The position numbers and the translations under genes were made by a program. Source: Chloroflexota bacterium (lineage in GTDB: Bacteria; Chloroflexota; Anaerolineae; Anaerolineales; Villigracilaceae). Taken from it: a DNA stretch of 64,000 nucleotides. The first letter of the stretch is position 1. Every line of letters starts with the position of its first letter. This document shows positions 1-9,866 of this stretch, one piece after another. Location of the stretch: NCBI GenBank assembly GCA_026390035.1, contig JAPLGT010000035.1, positions 3,330-67,329 of the forward strand, in the 5' to 3' direction. The notes under the pieces are model-generated. The model made no database searches, had not been told where the DNA came from, and saw only the letters and a list, made by a program, of their open reading frames with translations.

Positions 1-511
1 AGCAGCTTTGGAATGGCGATCTGCCCGACGAAACGGGACAATCAGGAACCTGGAATCAATATTTTTAATAAATTACGAGAACCATGTCTGTCTTGATTTG
101 TAAATATAAATTTCCGCGCGGCACCTCCTGAATTAGAAAGACAGCCATAGCACCAAGCACATGGCAGTTATGGATCTGTTCCACAGATCCATGACTTTAC
201 GCCCCCACCTCACGATGGGTTTGCCTTCTTGGGGTTGGTTCGACCGAGTGGATACCCGGAAAACCTGTTAATCAACAGTATAGCCAGACCTTGCAAAACT
301 GCAAGTATTAGAAAAGTATGATTTTTAGGTAAAAATCGCCTGCAATCTACCCTGGCAGATGGGAATTATTGCTCCAATAGCCACAGGAAACTCACCAACC
401 ACACATCTCAACAATAATCTAAAATGTAATCATTGCTTCAACTTATCAACATCCCAACTTCATGGTTTAATCGGATTGTCCCGTTCGCTCAAAACGGGCA
501 AGGAGCCCAGC

Positions 512-1411
512 ATGTCCCATATTTCCTTCGCCACCAGTACTCGCGGACTAAACCGCGACCTACCGCCCATGCGACTGTACGAAAAAGCCAAGAAACTGGG
601 CGTCTGGAATCCATCCGACCTTGATTTTTCCAAAGATCGCGAGGATTGGGCTCACCTGAGCAGTACTGAACAGGATTTGATCTGGCGCCTGACCGGCATG
701 TTTGTATCCGGCGAGGAAGCTGTGACACTTGACCTGTTGCCGCTGATCAGTGTGATCGCCGCCGAAGGCCGCCTTGAAGAAGAAATGTATTTGACTACCT
801 TCCTGTTCGAGGAGGCCAAGCACACCGATTTCTTCCGGCGTTTTATCGATGAAGTAGCCGGTGCACCGCAGGATTTGGCGCGTTATCACACCCAAAACTA
901 TCGTTTCATTTTTTATGAAGCCCTGCCCGCCGCTCTGCAGGCCCTTAAAGAAGACTCTTCCCCCGCCGCACAAATTGGCGCTTCTGTCACCTATAACATG
1001 GTGGTTGAAGGCGTTCTGGCCGAAACCGGTTACCATGCATTTTTTAGCATGCTGGAGCGCAGCAACCTGCTGCCAGGGCTAAGAAAAGGCATCACACTGC
1101 TCAAACAGGATGAATCGCGCCACATTGCTTACGGTGTCTACCTACTTTCGCGCCTGATCTGCGCAAACCCTGAATTGTGGGAACACTTGCAAAACCAGAT
1201 GAATGCTCTGCTGCCCGCTGCAATTGGCGTGATCGGAGACACGTTTGGTGCTTACGAGCTGGTACCCTTTGGGCTTGTTGAAGATGACTTCATCAATTAC
1301 GCCATGGATCAGTTTTCCAAACGCTCTGAACGACTCGAAAAAGCGCGCGGTTCCAGCCTGGATGAGATCAACCGCGTCACAAAATCGATCATCGAAAGTG
1401 GGGATGCCTGA
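512..1411 (+). CDS. Ferritin-like di-metal carboxylate protein, R2-like ligand-binding oxidase / RNR beta-like
   Basis: The ORF spans 359..1411. An internal ATG at 512 is preceded by AAGGAG (500-505). Two ExxH metal motifs are present (FEEAKHTDFF and KQDESRHIAYG), plus upstream carboxylates (GEEAV, VVEGVLAE), as in the RNR-R2/R2lox fold. Confidence 0.72.
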   Translation: MSHISFATSTRGLNRDLPPMRLYEKAKKLGVWNPSDLDFSKDREDWAHLSSTEQDLIWRLTGMFVSGEEAVTLDLLPLISVIAAEGRLEEEMYLTTFLFEEAKHTDFFRRFIDEVAGAPQDLARYHTQNYRFIFYEALPAALQALKEDSSPAAQIGASVTYNMVVEGVLAETGYHAFFSMLERSNLLPGLRKGITLLKQDESRHIAYGVYLLSRLICANPELWEHLQNQMNALLPAAIGVIGDTFGAYELVPFGLVEDDFINYAMDQFSKRSERLEKARGSSLDEINRVTKSIIESGDA

Positions 1412-1952
1412 AACCATGCCCATCAAACCCTGGAAGGTCATCGAATCCAGCCGGCCGCGTAAGAACCTGCGCGTCGACAAGTGCGAACTACCAAACGGAA
1501 GTATTATCGAAACGATGATCCTGGAATATGGCACCTGGGCCACAATAGTCGGCATTACAAAACAACAGGAAGTCATTTTGATCCAACAGTATCGTCACGG
1601 CGCCGGAAGAGTGATTTGGGAATTTCCTGGTGGCGTTGTTGACCAGGATGAAAGCCCATTACAGGCGGCAAAACGAGAACTTCTGGAAGAGAGCGGCTAT
1701 AGCAGCGCCACCTGGATCGAAACCGGCATGGTTTCTGCAAACCCTGATACCCATACAAACCTGATTCATACTTTCCTGGCACTGGATATCGAAAAAGTGG
1801 CCGCCCAAAATCTGGATGACACCGAAGAAATCGATGTGTTCCCAACCCCTTTAGACGAAGTGATCCAGATGGCAATTAAGGGTGAACTGTTACAATCCAT
1901 GCAAGTCAGTGCTCTTTTCTTCGCGCTGGCGGAATTAAGGCGAATCAAATAA
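1404..1952 (+). CDS. NUDIX hydrolase (ADP-ribose pyrophosphatase-like)
   Basis: The Nudix box GGVVDQDESPLQAAKRELLEESGY fits Gx5Ex7REUxEExGU. The ATG at 1404 overlaps the upstream stop (ATGCCTGA). An alternative ATG lies at 1416. Confidence 0.85.
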   Translation: MPETMPIKPWKVIESSRPRKNLRVDKCELPNGSIIETMILEYGTWATIVGITKQQEVILIQQYRHGAGRVIWEFPGGVVDQDESPLQAAKRELLEESGYSSATWIETGMVSANPDTHTNLIHTFLALDIEKVAAQNLDDTEEIDVFPTPLDEVIQMAIKGELLQSMQVSALFFALAELRRIK

Positions 1953-1954
1953 CG

Positions 1955-3940
1955 ATGCAGAATTCACGAATTAAAACCGCCACAAAAGCACTGCGCCAGC
2001 TGGGTTTCACGCAGGTAGCCCTGAATCTGCTCTATAAACTGGGTCTTGCCAGCGGACATTACCAACGCTCCATCCGCCCACCCGCGCCAATTGATTCCCT
2101 GCGGCTCAAGCCGGGCATGCCAATGCCAGATCCGGAAATTTTGCGCCTGTGCCTGGGCGAGAACGGCATACGCGATTTACTGGCCGAAGCCGGTGAGATC
2201 ACTGCCGGCAATTTTCGCCAATTTGGCGCAGCGCCTATCGTGCTAAATCTAATTCCCGAGGGCCCTTTGGCACATTGGACGGCCTATGAAACCGGGAAAG
2301 TTAGGCCTAAGCCGGCAACCGATATCAAAATGATCTGGGAACCAGCGCGTTTTGGGTGGGCCTTTGTGCTGGGGCGCGCGTATCACGTCAGCCGCGACGA
2401 ACAATACGCGGCTGCCTTCTGGCGTCTTTTTGAGATATTCAACAGCGCCAACCCCGCTTACCTGGGACCGAACTGGACCTCCGGGCAGGAGGTCGGGCTG
2501 CGCTTAATGGCCTGGGTCTGGGCTGCGCAAATATTTGCCCAATCGCAACATTCCCACCCGGCGCGTCTGACGGCCCTGGCAAATGCGATAGCTGTCCACG
2601 CTGCGCGCATTCCCGCCACCCTGCTATATGCGCGCTCACAAAATAATAATCACCTGTTGACCGAAGCCGCCACTTTGTACACTTCCGGGCTGGCCCTACC
2701 AGATCACCCGCATGCCTCGCAGTGGCTAAAGACCGGTCGAAGCTGGCTGGCATGGTGCTTCACTCACCAGATCGATCCTGACGGTGAATACGTCCAACAT
2801 TCCATGAATTACCAGCGCCTGATGCTGCAGACCGCCCTGTGGGTCTATGCGGTTTCAAATCCTGAAACAACCCGGGAATTAAAAGCCCCACTAGACGCTG
2901 CTGAGCGGAAAAATCTCGGCCAGGCCGCGAGCTGGCTGAGCTCGCGACTGGACCCGGTTTCAGGCCAGGCACCCAACTTGGGAGCAAACGACGGCGCGCT
3001 AATTTTTCCGCTTTCCAACTGCAGTTTTACAGATTACCGCCCAGTGACTCAAGCCGCCATCCAGGCTTTTCTGCCCACAGCAGGTCACCTGGCGCCAGGT
3101 ATATGGGACGAAATGTCAATCTGGTATGGCCTCCAGCAAGAAAATGGAGCTAACCCAACCCGACCTGCCGAAAGCGGACAAATCTACGTAAAAGATTCCT
3201 GGGGCTCCTTGCGAGCCGTTCATTACACTTCGCGTCCATCCCACGCCGACCAATTGCATATCGATTTATGGTGGCGAGGCCTGAACATCGCCCAGGATGC
3301 CGGGACATATCGCTATAACGCTGAGCCACCCTGGGATAACCAGCTGACATCAACGCTGGTACACAACACCGTCAGCGTGAATGGCGAGGAACAGATGACT
3401 CGCGCCGGTCGCTTTTTGTACCTGGATTGGGCCGAGGCTGCCTTCACTGAACAGGCATGGGAAAACAACACGCAACACGTCTCAGCCCAAACCACAGCCT
3501 ATGCACGCTTCCACGTTCTTCACAAGCGCAAATTGAGTTCTTTCGCAGATGGACGCTGGTTGGTAGAAGATGAACTGATGCGGACCGCACCAGTAAACAT
3601 ACGGCAAGTTGCACCAGTCTACCGGTTGCATTGGCTGCTGCCCGATTGGCAATGGCAATTGGATGAATTAGAAGCACGCACACGCCTGCAAATCCTTTCA
3701 CCACATGGTTGGATCAGCCTGGTCATCTCTGCCGACCAGACCTTGCAGCGGGTCGGCTTGCTGCGCGCAGGCAAACTCCTGCAAGGGCAGGCTTTGCTTT
3801 CACCCGTTTTTGGCTGGTCGGCACCTACATATGATGTTAAAATTCCTGCGCTCTCCCTGTCAGTTGAGGTGCAAGCCTCACAAAATTTCCAATTCAATAG
3901 TGAATTTATTTTTCCAACGGTAAGCGAAGCGAGCGCATAG
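1955..3940 (+). CDS. Heparinase II/III-like (alginate-lyase-fold) protein
   Basis: 661-aa uninterrupted ORF. The C-terminal half carries heparinase II/III-like blocks (SHADQLHIDLWW, LVHNTVSVNGEEQM). It sits directly upstream of a WbuB-like GT4, a pairing I recall from capsule loci. The family call is from memory of motifs, not a search. Confidence 0.7.
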   Translation: MQNSRIKTATKALRQLGFTQVALNLLYKLGLASGHYQRSIRPPAPIDSLRLKPGMPMPDPEILRLCLGENGIRDLLAEAGEITAGNFRQFGAAPIVLNLIPEGPLAHWTAYETGKVRPKPATDIKMIWEPARFGWAFVLGRAYHVSRDEQYAAAFWRLFEIFNSANPAYLGPNWTSGQEVGLRLMAWVWAAQIFAQSQHSHPARLTALANAIAVHAARIPATLLYARSQNNNHLLTEAATLYTSGLALPDHPHASQWLKTGRSWLAWCFTHQIDPDGEYVQHSMNYQRLMLQTALWVYAVSNPETTRELKAPLDAAERKNLGQAASWLSSRLDPVSGQAPNLGANDGALIFPLSNCSFTDYRPVTQAAIQAFLPTAGHLAPGIWDEMSIWYGLQQENGANPTRPAESGQIYVKDSWGSLRAVHYTSRPSHADQLHIDLWWRGLNIAQDAGTYRYNAEPPWDNQLTSTLVHNTVSVNGEEQMTRAGRFLYLDWAEAAFTEQAWENNTQHVSAQTTAYARFHVLHKRKLSSFADGRWLVEDELMRTAPVNIRQVAPVYRLHWLLPDWQWQLDELEARTRLQILSPHGWISLVISADQTLQRVGLLRAGKLLQGQALLSPVFGWSAPTYDVKIPALSLSVEVQASQNFQFNSEFIFPTVSEASA

Positions 3941-3945
3941 ACTTA

Positions 3946-5196
3946 ATGAATATTCTCCTGATCCACCAGGCATTTGCAGCTCTGGACGAAGCCGGCGGGA
4001 CCCGCCACCATGAATTGGCGCGTTTCCTCGTTCAAAATGGCCACAAAGTCACTGTAATCGCCAGTCCGGTCAGCTACCTGACCGGGACATCTTCCCATAA
4101 GCACAAAGAAGTCATCGAAGGTGTCACCATCCTGCGCGCCTACACCTACAATGCCTTGCACAAATCCTTCGTACACCGAGTTTTTTCCTTTTTATCCTTT
4201 ATGATTTCATCGTTTTTTATCGGGCTGGGAGTCAGGAATGTGGATGTTGTCTGGGGTACTTCACCGCCAATTTTCCAGGGCCTGACCGCCTGGGTACTGG
4301 CGCGCTTAAAGAGAGCCAGATTCCTGTTTGAAGTGCGCGACTTGTGGCCTGATTTTGCCATCGCGGTAGGTGTGTTAAAAAGCCCAGCCTTGATAAAAAT
4401 GTCACTCTGGCTGGAAAAGTTTCTCTACCAACATGCCGACCACATGCTGGTGAACAGCCCTGGCTATGTGGATCACGTCAGGAACCGCGGAGCCAGATCT
4501 GTAGATCTTGTACCCAACGGCGCCGATCCGACAATGTTCCAACCCGAGGATCAGGGTGCTGATTTCCGGCAGGCCCACAACTTAGGTGATCATTTTGTGG
4601 TGCTGTATGCCGGGGCGCATGGCATCTCGAATGACCTTGAAATTGTGCTGGAATGTGCCGAGATATTATCGCAGAACCCGGCTTTCCGGTTTGTTTTCTT
4701 GGGCGATGGCAAAGAGAAATCGGCACTGCAAGCACGCGCTGTCGAAATGGGCTTAAAAAATGTCCTATTCCTGCCATCCGTGCCCAAAAACGAGATGGCC
4801 GCAGCCTTGGCTGGGGCCCAGGCCTGCATCGCGATTTTAAAACCCCTGGAAGAATATAAAACAACCTACCCCAACAAAGTCTTTGATTACATGGCGGCAG
4901 GTCGCCCGGTGGTGCTGGCAATTGAGGGCGTTATTCGCGATGTAGTTGAGCAAGCCGATTGTGGCGTTTTTCCACGCCCAGGCGACGCGCAGGATATGGC
5001 CAATGCCATCCAATTTCTTGAAGCAGATCGGTACCACGCCAAAGTACTGGGGATGCATGGCCGGGAATACCTGGAAGAACATTTCAGCCGCGAGCATATT
5101 GCTGAAATGTTATCTGCAATATTTACAAAGATGCTGACCAGAGTATCTTCCACTCAAAACGGGAACCCTGGGAGCAAAGATGACAATGTTGGATGA
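3946..5196 (+). CDS. Glycosyltransferase family 4 (WbuB-like)
   Basis: The N-terminus MNILLIHQAF..GGTRHHELARFLVQNGHKVTVIAS is typical of GT4/GT-B enzymes. The C-terminal half has a GT1-type nucleotide-sugar-binding region (FLGDGKEK..., ...KVFDYMAAGRPVV). Confidence 0.85.
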   Translation: MNILLIHQAFAALDEAGGTRHHELARFLVQNGHKVTVIASPVSYLTGTSSHKHKEVIEGVTILRAYTYNALHKSFVHRVFSFLSFMISSFFIGLGVRNVDVVWGTSPPIFQGLTAWVLARLKRARFLFEVRDLWPDFAIAVGVLKSPALIKMSLWLEKFLYQHADHMLVNSPGYVDHVRNRGARSVDLVPNGADPTMFQPEDQGADFRQAHNLGDHFVVLYAGAHGISNDLEIVLECAEILSQNPAFRFVFLGDGKEKSALQARAVEMGLKNVLFLPSVPKNEMAAALAGAQACIAILKPLEEYKTTYPNKVFDYMAAGRPVVLAIEGVIRDVVEQADCGVFPRPGDAQDMANAIQFLEADRYHAKVLGMHGREYLEEHFSREHIAEMLSAIFTKMLTRVSSTQNGNPGSKDDNVG

Positions 5197-5521
5197 TTTC
5201 AGCGCAGTAAAACTTGAAATATATATTCCCGTCGACCATCTGGAAGCCCTGCAAAAGGCGCTGGCAGAGGTCGGTGCCGGGCAAGTCGGAAATTACGATC
5301 AATGCTGCGCAGTCATGGATGTTCGCGGGTATTGGCGTCCGCTTGAGGGCGCAAACCCTTTCCAGGGAGAAATCGGTCGGGTCGAAACCGGGCAGGAATG
5401 CAAGCTGGAAGTTAACTGCAAACGCGAAAGGGTCGCAGAAACCCTGCAAGCCATCCGGGCTGTACACCCGTATGAAGAACCTTTCATCAATATCATTCCA
5501 CTTGCCAACCATCTCTTTTAA
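5180..5521 (+). CDS. Small NIF3/YqfO insert-domain-like (PII-like fold) protein
   Basis: 113 aa. The blocks KLEIYIP...AGQVGNYDQC...GANPFQGEIG...HPYEEP match my recollection of the NIF3 insertion domain. The start overlaps the GT4 stop by 17 nt. Confidence 0.55.
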   Translation: MTMLDDFSAVKLEIYIPVDHLEALQKALAEVGAGQVGNYDQCCAVMDVRGYWRPLEGANPFQGEIGRVETGQECKLEVNCKRERVAETLQAIRAVHPYEEPFINIIPLANHLF

Positions 5522-5596
5522 TAAAATAATTTTGAAACTTTCCGGCAATTCAAACATCTAAAATGGTATATTTCTGCAAAAAATAGGAGCGCAAGA

Positions 5597-5920
5597 ATGG
5601 CACAAGCTGACATTATGGCCGGAAACTGCGGTTTCTCGACACAGGTCGAAACGAAGATGGACGGAACAGTATGCAAAGTGCGCATCACCAGTGAATGCGC
5701 GGCCATCCGGCGCATGGCAGATGAGTTGACCGAAGTGGATCCCTATAAAGAAATTTCGTTCAGACGAACCATGCCAAAGACGCATGAAATGGGTGTCAAG
5801 TACTGCACTCACGCCGCCTGTCCGGTACCAGTGGGCATTATCAAAGCTATCGAAATTGAGGCCGGGCTGGCCTTACCAACAGATGTGATCATTAAGCTTT
5901 CAAAAACAAAACAGGAATAA
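5597..5920 (+). CDS. Small cysteine-containing conserved hypothetical protein
   Basis: 107-aa ORF with 5 Cys (C11, C26, C34, C70, C75). GGAG lies upstream of the ATG. The next gene follows after 2 nt. No family is securely recognised. Confidence 0.5.
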   Translation: MAQADIMAGNCGFSTQVETKMDGTVCKVRITSECAAIRRMADELTEVDPYKEISFRRTMPKTHEMGVKYCTHAACPVPVGIIKAIEIEAGLALPTDVIIKLSKTKQE

Positions 5921-5922
5921 GC

Positions 5923-6333
5923 TTGCGCCTGTGGTTTGCCCGCATCCTGATTGGAGTGGTCATCGCCTGGAATTTGCAGGCTGCGCTGGCTTTTTTCCTA
6001 TCTCCAGGAACTTTTGCGACTGGTTTTGAATTATCTGGCATACCCGGCCTGGCTGCCATGCGCGGGATCGCGGTCTTATTCGTCATGTGGAATGTGCCGT
6101 ATGTCATGGCAGCCTGGCAACCGCAGCGACACAGCCTGTCACTGCTGGAAGCGCTTGTGATGCAATTCATCGGAGTGAGCGGTGAGACAGTCATCCTGCT
6201 GACGCTACCCCCCGGGCATGCCGTGCTGCAAGGCTCAATCCAGCGCTTCCTTACTTTCGACGCCTGCGGACTGGCCGTTTTGGCGCTGGCGATGTGGCTG
6301 GCAAGAAAGCAAAACCAGGATGTCTCTCAATAA
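5923..6333 (+). CDS. Integral membrane protein, unknown function (TTG start)
   Basis: 136 aa with about four hydrophobic helices (ILIGVVIAWNLQAALAFF, GIAVLFVMWNVPYVMAAW, ...). The first codon is TTG at 5923. A hairpin follows the gene. Confidence 0.5.
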   Translation: MRLWFARILIGVVIAWNLQAALAFFLSPGTFATGFELSGIPGLAAMRGIAVLFVMWNVPYVMAAWQPQRHSLSLLEALVMQFIGVSGETVILLTLPPGHAVLQGSIQRFLTFDACGLAVLALAMWLARKQNQDVSQ

Positions 6334-6335
6334 TT

Positions 6336-6362
6336 ACAGCCCTGTTACCTGCACAGGGCTGT
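6336..6362 (+). terminator. Hairpin after the membrane-protein gene (weak intrinsic terminator)
   Basis: ACAGCCCTG (6336-6344) pairs with CAGGGCTGT (6354-6362). The trailing sequence ATAATTTA is only weakly T-rich. Confidence 0.4.
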
Positions 6363-6748
6363 ATAATTTAATCGTACATCTTAAATTTTTTGTGCGCTCA
6401 ATATTCAAATCCAGGGAGCAGCGTCCACGCCAAAAATTAAATTTGACCGGTTCTATCGCTACAATGACCTGACCCATCTACTGCAAACCTTTGCCGATGA
6501 ATACCCCCTCAACTCGTGAAAATCATATTGGGGTTGATGGTGCTGCCAGATATGCCTGCCTGGTACAGCACAGCGCCTACCGGTCTGATTGTCCTGCAGT
6601 TAGCGGGCTTGATTGGGGTTTTGAGCCTGGTAGGGCTCTGGCTGGAAAGGAAAAGTGTGATCCTGGTTTTGTAAACGCTGGAACAAAAACGAGATGGCGC
6701 GCGTCTATCATACAGTACAGCCACCCGCCAAATTTATCGGAGGATCAC

Positions 6749-7783
6749 ATGAAATCACAGTTCCGGATTGCTTTATTAATAACCATATTGACAGCGCTGC
6801 TTCTAGCAGGCTGCGCACCAGCTTCCGCACCCACCACCGCGCCCTATGTAGAAGCCCCGGCAGCCCCGGCTGGAGCCGACCTATATTCCGCACAGGCTCC
6901 TGAGATGCCAGCACCACCTGCCCAGAAATCTGGCGCAGAGCCAGTTAGTGCGCCTGATGCAAACTCGGCAGCATCAGCGCCGGGAGCAAATAGCTTGCCC
7001 GAGAATGCCACCATTCAAACCGGCACAGAAGCGCTGATCAGTGCACAGACCGATCGCATGATCATTAAAAACGCCGAGGTCAAACTGCTGGTGATAAATA
7101 CGGATAATGCTATCGACCGCAGTATGCAAGTGGTCAGTGACGTTGGCGGCTATATCATCTCTTCGCGTGTCTGGTATCAAGAAGCCAACGGAGAAAACTA
7201 CAAATTCGGCACGCTCAGTATCGGTGTGCCAGTCGTTCAGTTCGAACCAGCGCTGCGCCGTCTGCGCGGGCTGGCCATGCGTGTGCTCGACGAAAATGCA
7301 TCCGGGCAGGATGTCACCAGCGAATATGTGGATCTGCAATCACAACTCGGGAACCTCGAAGCCACCCGTGACCGTATCCGCAGTTTTTTAGCAGATGCCA
7401 AAACCATCGAAGAATCGCTGCGCATCAACCAGGAATTAACCAACATAGAGGGACAGATCGAACAGGTTAAGGGGCGCATGAACTTCATTTCGAACCGCTC
7501 AGCGTTTTCCACGATCACGGTTAATTTTGAACCTGATATTCCCGCCCTGACCCCCACTCCCACCCCAACTGCCTTACCCACCGCCACACCCAAAGTCTGG
7601 AACCCCGGTGAAACCATGCAGCAGGCCACAGGCGCTGTTACAAACATTTACCAGGGATTCGTGGAACTGGCAATCTGGTTATTTGTGGTCATCATCCCAC
7701 TGCTTGCTCCACCCGCGGTGATCATGTGGGGCATCTATAAGCTGGTAACGCGCAAGAGCAAGAAACCTGAAACAACCAAGTAA
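6749..7783 (+). CDS. DUF4349-like secreted lipoprotein with C-terminal TM anchor
   Basis: The ATG at 6749 is preceded by GGAGGA. Signal peptide plus lipobox: MKSQFRIALLITILTALLLAGC. The central region IIKNAEVKLLV...VSDVGGYIISS resembles DUF4349. The C-terminus has TPTPTPT linkers and a hydrophobic helix. Confidence 0.72.
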   Translation: MKSQFRIALLITILTALLLAGCAPASAPTTAPYVEAPAAPAGADLYSAQAPEMPAPPAQKSGAEPVSAPDANSAASAPGANSLPENATIQTGTEALISAQTDRMIIKNAEVKLLVINTDNAIDRSMQVVSDVGGYIISSRVWYQEANGENYKFGTLSIGVPVVQFEPALRRLRGLAMRVLDENASGQDVTSEYVDLQSQLGNLEATRDRIRSFLADAKTIEESLRINQELTNIEGQIEQVKGRMNFISNRSAFSTITVNFEPDIPALTPTPTPTALPTATPKVWNPGETMQQATGAVTNIYQGFVELAIWLFVVIIPLLAPPAVIMWGIYKLVTRKSKKPETTK

Positions 7784-7800
7784 AAACCATCTACCAAATA

Positions 7801-7838
7801 AAAAGCCGGACCCCCCCATGGGTTCCGGCTTTTTATTT
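7801..7838 (+). terminator. Rho-independent terminator
   Basis: AAAAGCCGGACC...GGTTCCGGCTTTTTATTT: a GC-rich stem followed by a T-run, 18 nt after the stop. Confidence 0.75.
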
Positions 7839-7984
7839 GGATCAATCCACCACCAAAATTCACTCAACCAGCCGTGAAATATTAAAAATAAATGAGAAAT
7901 TGAAACTGGTCGTAACCTTTTGATGTTGAATGCGACAAATATGTATCAAACAGATCAACAGCAATATTCAAAAATGGAGTAAAC

Positions 7985-8497
7985 ATGAACCCAAAAAATG
8001 CACTTTTTCTCTCCGCTTCACTGACAGCTTTTGTGTTATCAGTCCTCTTCGGAGTAGTAACCAAAATATCCAATGACACCACGCAGACAGCCGCGGCTGC
8101 CCCGCTAGTTCAAGCAACCGCTGTAATTACGAATACAGCGGTTCCCACCCTGGAACAACCAACCGACCTGCCAGTGCCAACCGCAATATTGCCTCCCACT
8201 CCAGATGAAGCTGCGCTGCTGGCCGCTGAAGCCATTAATCGGCAAGATGTCTACAGTGTGGAAACAACCACCTATCAGGGCGCCGAGGCGTACAAAGTCG
8301 TTTTTAGTTCCGGCGATATAGTTTACATCGGGCTGAATAAACAGGTGCTCACCAAAACCAAACTTCAGGCAGCCGTCGTTAGTGTCGATCCAACCCAAGC
8401 ACCAAAGAAAAAGAACAAAGCCAACAATAATTCACAACCTGCTGCCAACCAATCCAGCGGCGAAGGTGATCATCAAGAAGCTGAACACGAAGATTAG
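7985..8497 (+). CDS. Membrane-anchored PepSY-like domain protein
   Basis: An N-terminal TM helix (LFLSASLTAFVLSVLFGVV) is followed by a PepSY-like block: EAALLAAEAINRQDVYSVETTTYQGAEAYKVVFSSGDIVYIGLNKQVL. Confidence 0.6.
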   Translation: MNPKNALFLSASLTAFVLSVLFGVVTKISNDTTQTAAAAPLVQATAVITNTAVPTLEQPTDLPVPTAILPPTPDEAALLAAEAINRQDVYSVETTTYQGAEAYKVVFSSGDIVYIGLNKQVLTKTKLQAAVVSVDPTQAPKKKNKANNNSQPAANQSSGEGDHQEAEHED

Positions 8498-8532
8498 TAA
8501 AAAGCATATCTTGATAACAAAGGAGACTCATT

Positions 8533-8943
8533 ATGGCTAACAAACCACAAGGTAAAAGCTGGAGCGAAATTCAGATGGCAATCACGGCCGTCGCAATCAC
8601 AGCCACACTGGCATTCTGGAACATCTTCTCTGCACCCGATAAATCCCTGGCGGCAGCCAAGATGGCAGAAACATCAACCCCACCCGCGCCTCCCACACCC
8701 ACGGAAACAGAACTACCCACTGAAACAGCCGTTTCAGCGCCAACAGCGTCACTGGGATTACGCCCGATAAAAATCATTTACGGCGGTAAAGCACCGGTAC
8801 AACAGGTCGTTCAGGTGGCAGCAGCACCCGCTAAAAAACGCAAAAGCGGTGGTGGTGGTGGTGGTGGTGATAGTGGTGGCGGTGGTGGTGGCTCAGCACC
8901 GGCAGCTTCTCAACCCGCCAGCACCGGCTCATCCAAACCATGA
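8533..8943 (+). CDS. Membrane-anchored Pro/Thr- and Gly-rich protein, unknown function
   Basis: AGGAG lies upstream of the ATG. There is one TM helix (MAITAVAITATLAFWNIF) and a tail of G7-DS-G6. The stop overlaps the apbE start (ATGA). Confidence 0.5.
   Translation: MANKPQGKSWSEIQMAITAVAITATLAFWNIFSAPDKSLAAAKMAETSTPPAPPTPTETELPTETAVSAPTASLGLRPIKIIYGGKAPVQQVVQVAAAPAKKRKSGGGGGGGDSGGGGGGSAPAASQPASTGSSKP
8848..8892 (+). repeat. (GGT)7 GAT AGT (GGY)6 trinucleotide microsatellite inside a CDS
   Basis: Read directly from the sequence: ggtggtggtggtggtggtggtgatagtggtggcggtggtggtggc, encoding GGGGGGGDSGGGGGG. Confidence 0.95.
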
Positions 8944-9866
8944 TCTATCGAATCGACTTCAGAGCGATGGGTTGCCAGATGATCGCAATGATCGATAGCC
9001 CATCACCCGAAGCGCCTGAACTTTTAGCCCAGGTCCCCAACTGGTTTGAAGAATGGGAACAGATACTCAGCCGCTTTCGCGCAGATAGTGAACTAACCCA
9101 ACTAAACAACTCGGCTGGTTGGCCCATGCAAGTAAGTCAGATCCTTTGGGATGTATTTCAATCCGCACAGGATGCCGAAAAAGCCAGCGATGGACTGGTT
9201 AGAGCCACCATCCTGCAAGCCCTGGTCAACGCCGGATATGATCGTAGCTTTGACCAGATGCAGCCTGAAAACAAGCAGCTAACGATCAGCACCTGGAATA
9301 TGGTATCTTCACTGGCCGAAGTAAGCAGCGATGAAACCAACCGGTCGATCTGCCTACCCGCAGATGTGCATCTGGATTTCGGCGGTGTAGCCAAGGGCTG
9401 GGCTGCCCAACAAGCCGCAAAACGATTATCAGAATATGGGGCTGTCCTAGTCAGCGCCGGCGGCGACATTGCCATCAGTGCAGAACTTCTGACCGGCGAA
9501 TTATGGCCTGTAACCATCGATGATCCACTCAAAACCGGCGATATTATCGCCACCTTGATGTTAGGCCCCTGTGGCGTGGCCACTTCTGGAACCGATTACA
9601 GACGCTGGAAAAATGGCGGGCATTGGAATCACCACATAATCGACCCGCGCAGCGGCAGACCCGCCCAAACAGACTTGATTTCCGCGACTGTGGTTGCTCC
9701 CACCGCCCTACAGGCTGAGATGGCAGCGAAAACGGTCATGATCCTGGGTAGCAAGAACGGCATGGATTGGATTGAAGCAAGGCCTGAATTTTCAGCCTTG
9801 TTAGTAAGAGAAACCGGTGAAATTTTTTGCAGCAATTATATGGAACACCTTTTTTGGAGATCTTGA
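8940..9866 (+). CDS. apbE: FAD:protein FMN transferase (ApbE family)
   Basis: ApbE-like blocks are present: FRAMGC, SELTQLN, DFGGVAKGWAA, SAGGDI, VATSGTDYR, HHIIDPRSGRP. Confidence 0.85.
   Translation: MIYRIDFRAMGCQMIAMIDSPSPEAPELLAQVPNWFEEWEQILSRFRADSELTQLNNSAGWPMQVSQILWDVFQSAQDAEKASDGLVRATILQALVNAGYDRSFDQMQPENKQLTISTWNMVSSLAEVSSDETNRSICLPADVHLDFGGVAKGWAAQQAAKRLSEYGAVLVSAGGDIAISAELLTGELWPVTIDDPLKTGDIIATLMLGPCGVATSGTDYRRWKNGGHWNHHIIDPRSGRPAQTDLISATVVAPTALQAEMAAKTVMILGSKNGMDWIEARPEFSALLVRETGEIFCSNYMEHLFWRS

Noticed and set aside
237-245. GGTTCGACC resembling a tRNA T-loop, in the ORF-free first 500 nt.
   Set aside because: No flanking acceptor, T-stem or anticodon-arm complementarity could be drawn, so it is not a tRNA. 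No riboswitch signature was recognised either.
359-511. N-terminal extension of the R2lox-like ORF (ORF-track start at 359).
   Set aside because: The extension is low-complexity and has no RBS. The ATG at 512 has AAGGAG upstream, and homologous sequence begins there.
6491-6748. 86-aa N-terminal extension of the DUF4349-like ORF.
   Set aside because: The ATG at 6749 has a GGAGGA RBS and is followed at once by a signal peptide and lipobox. The upstream part has no features and would bury the signal peptide.
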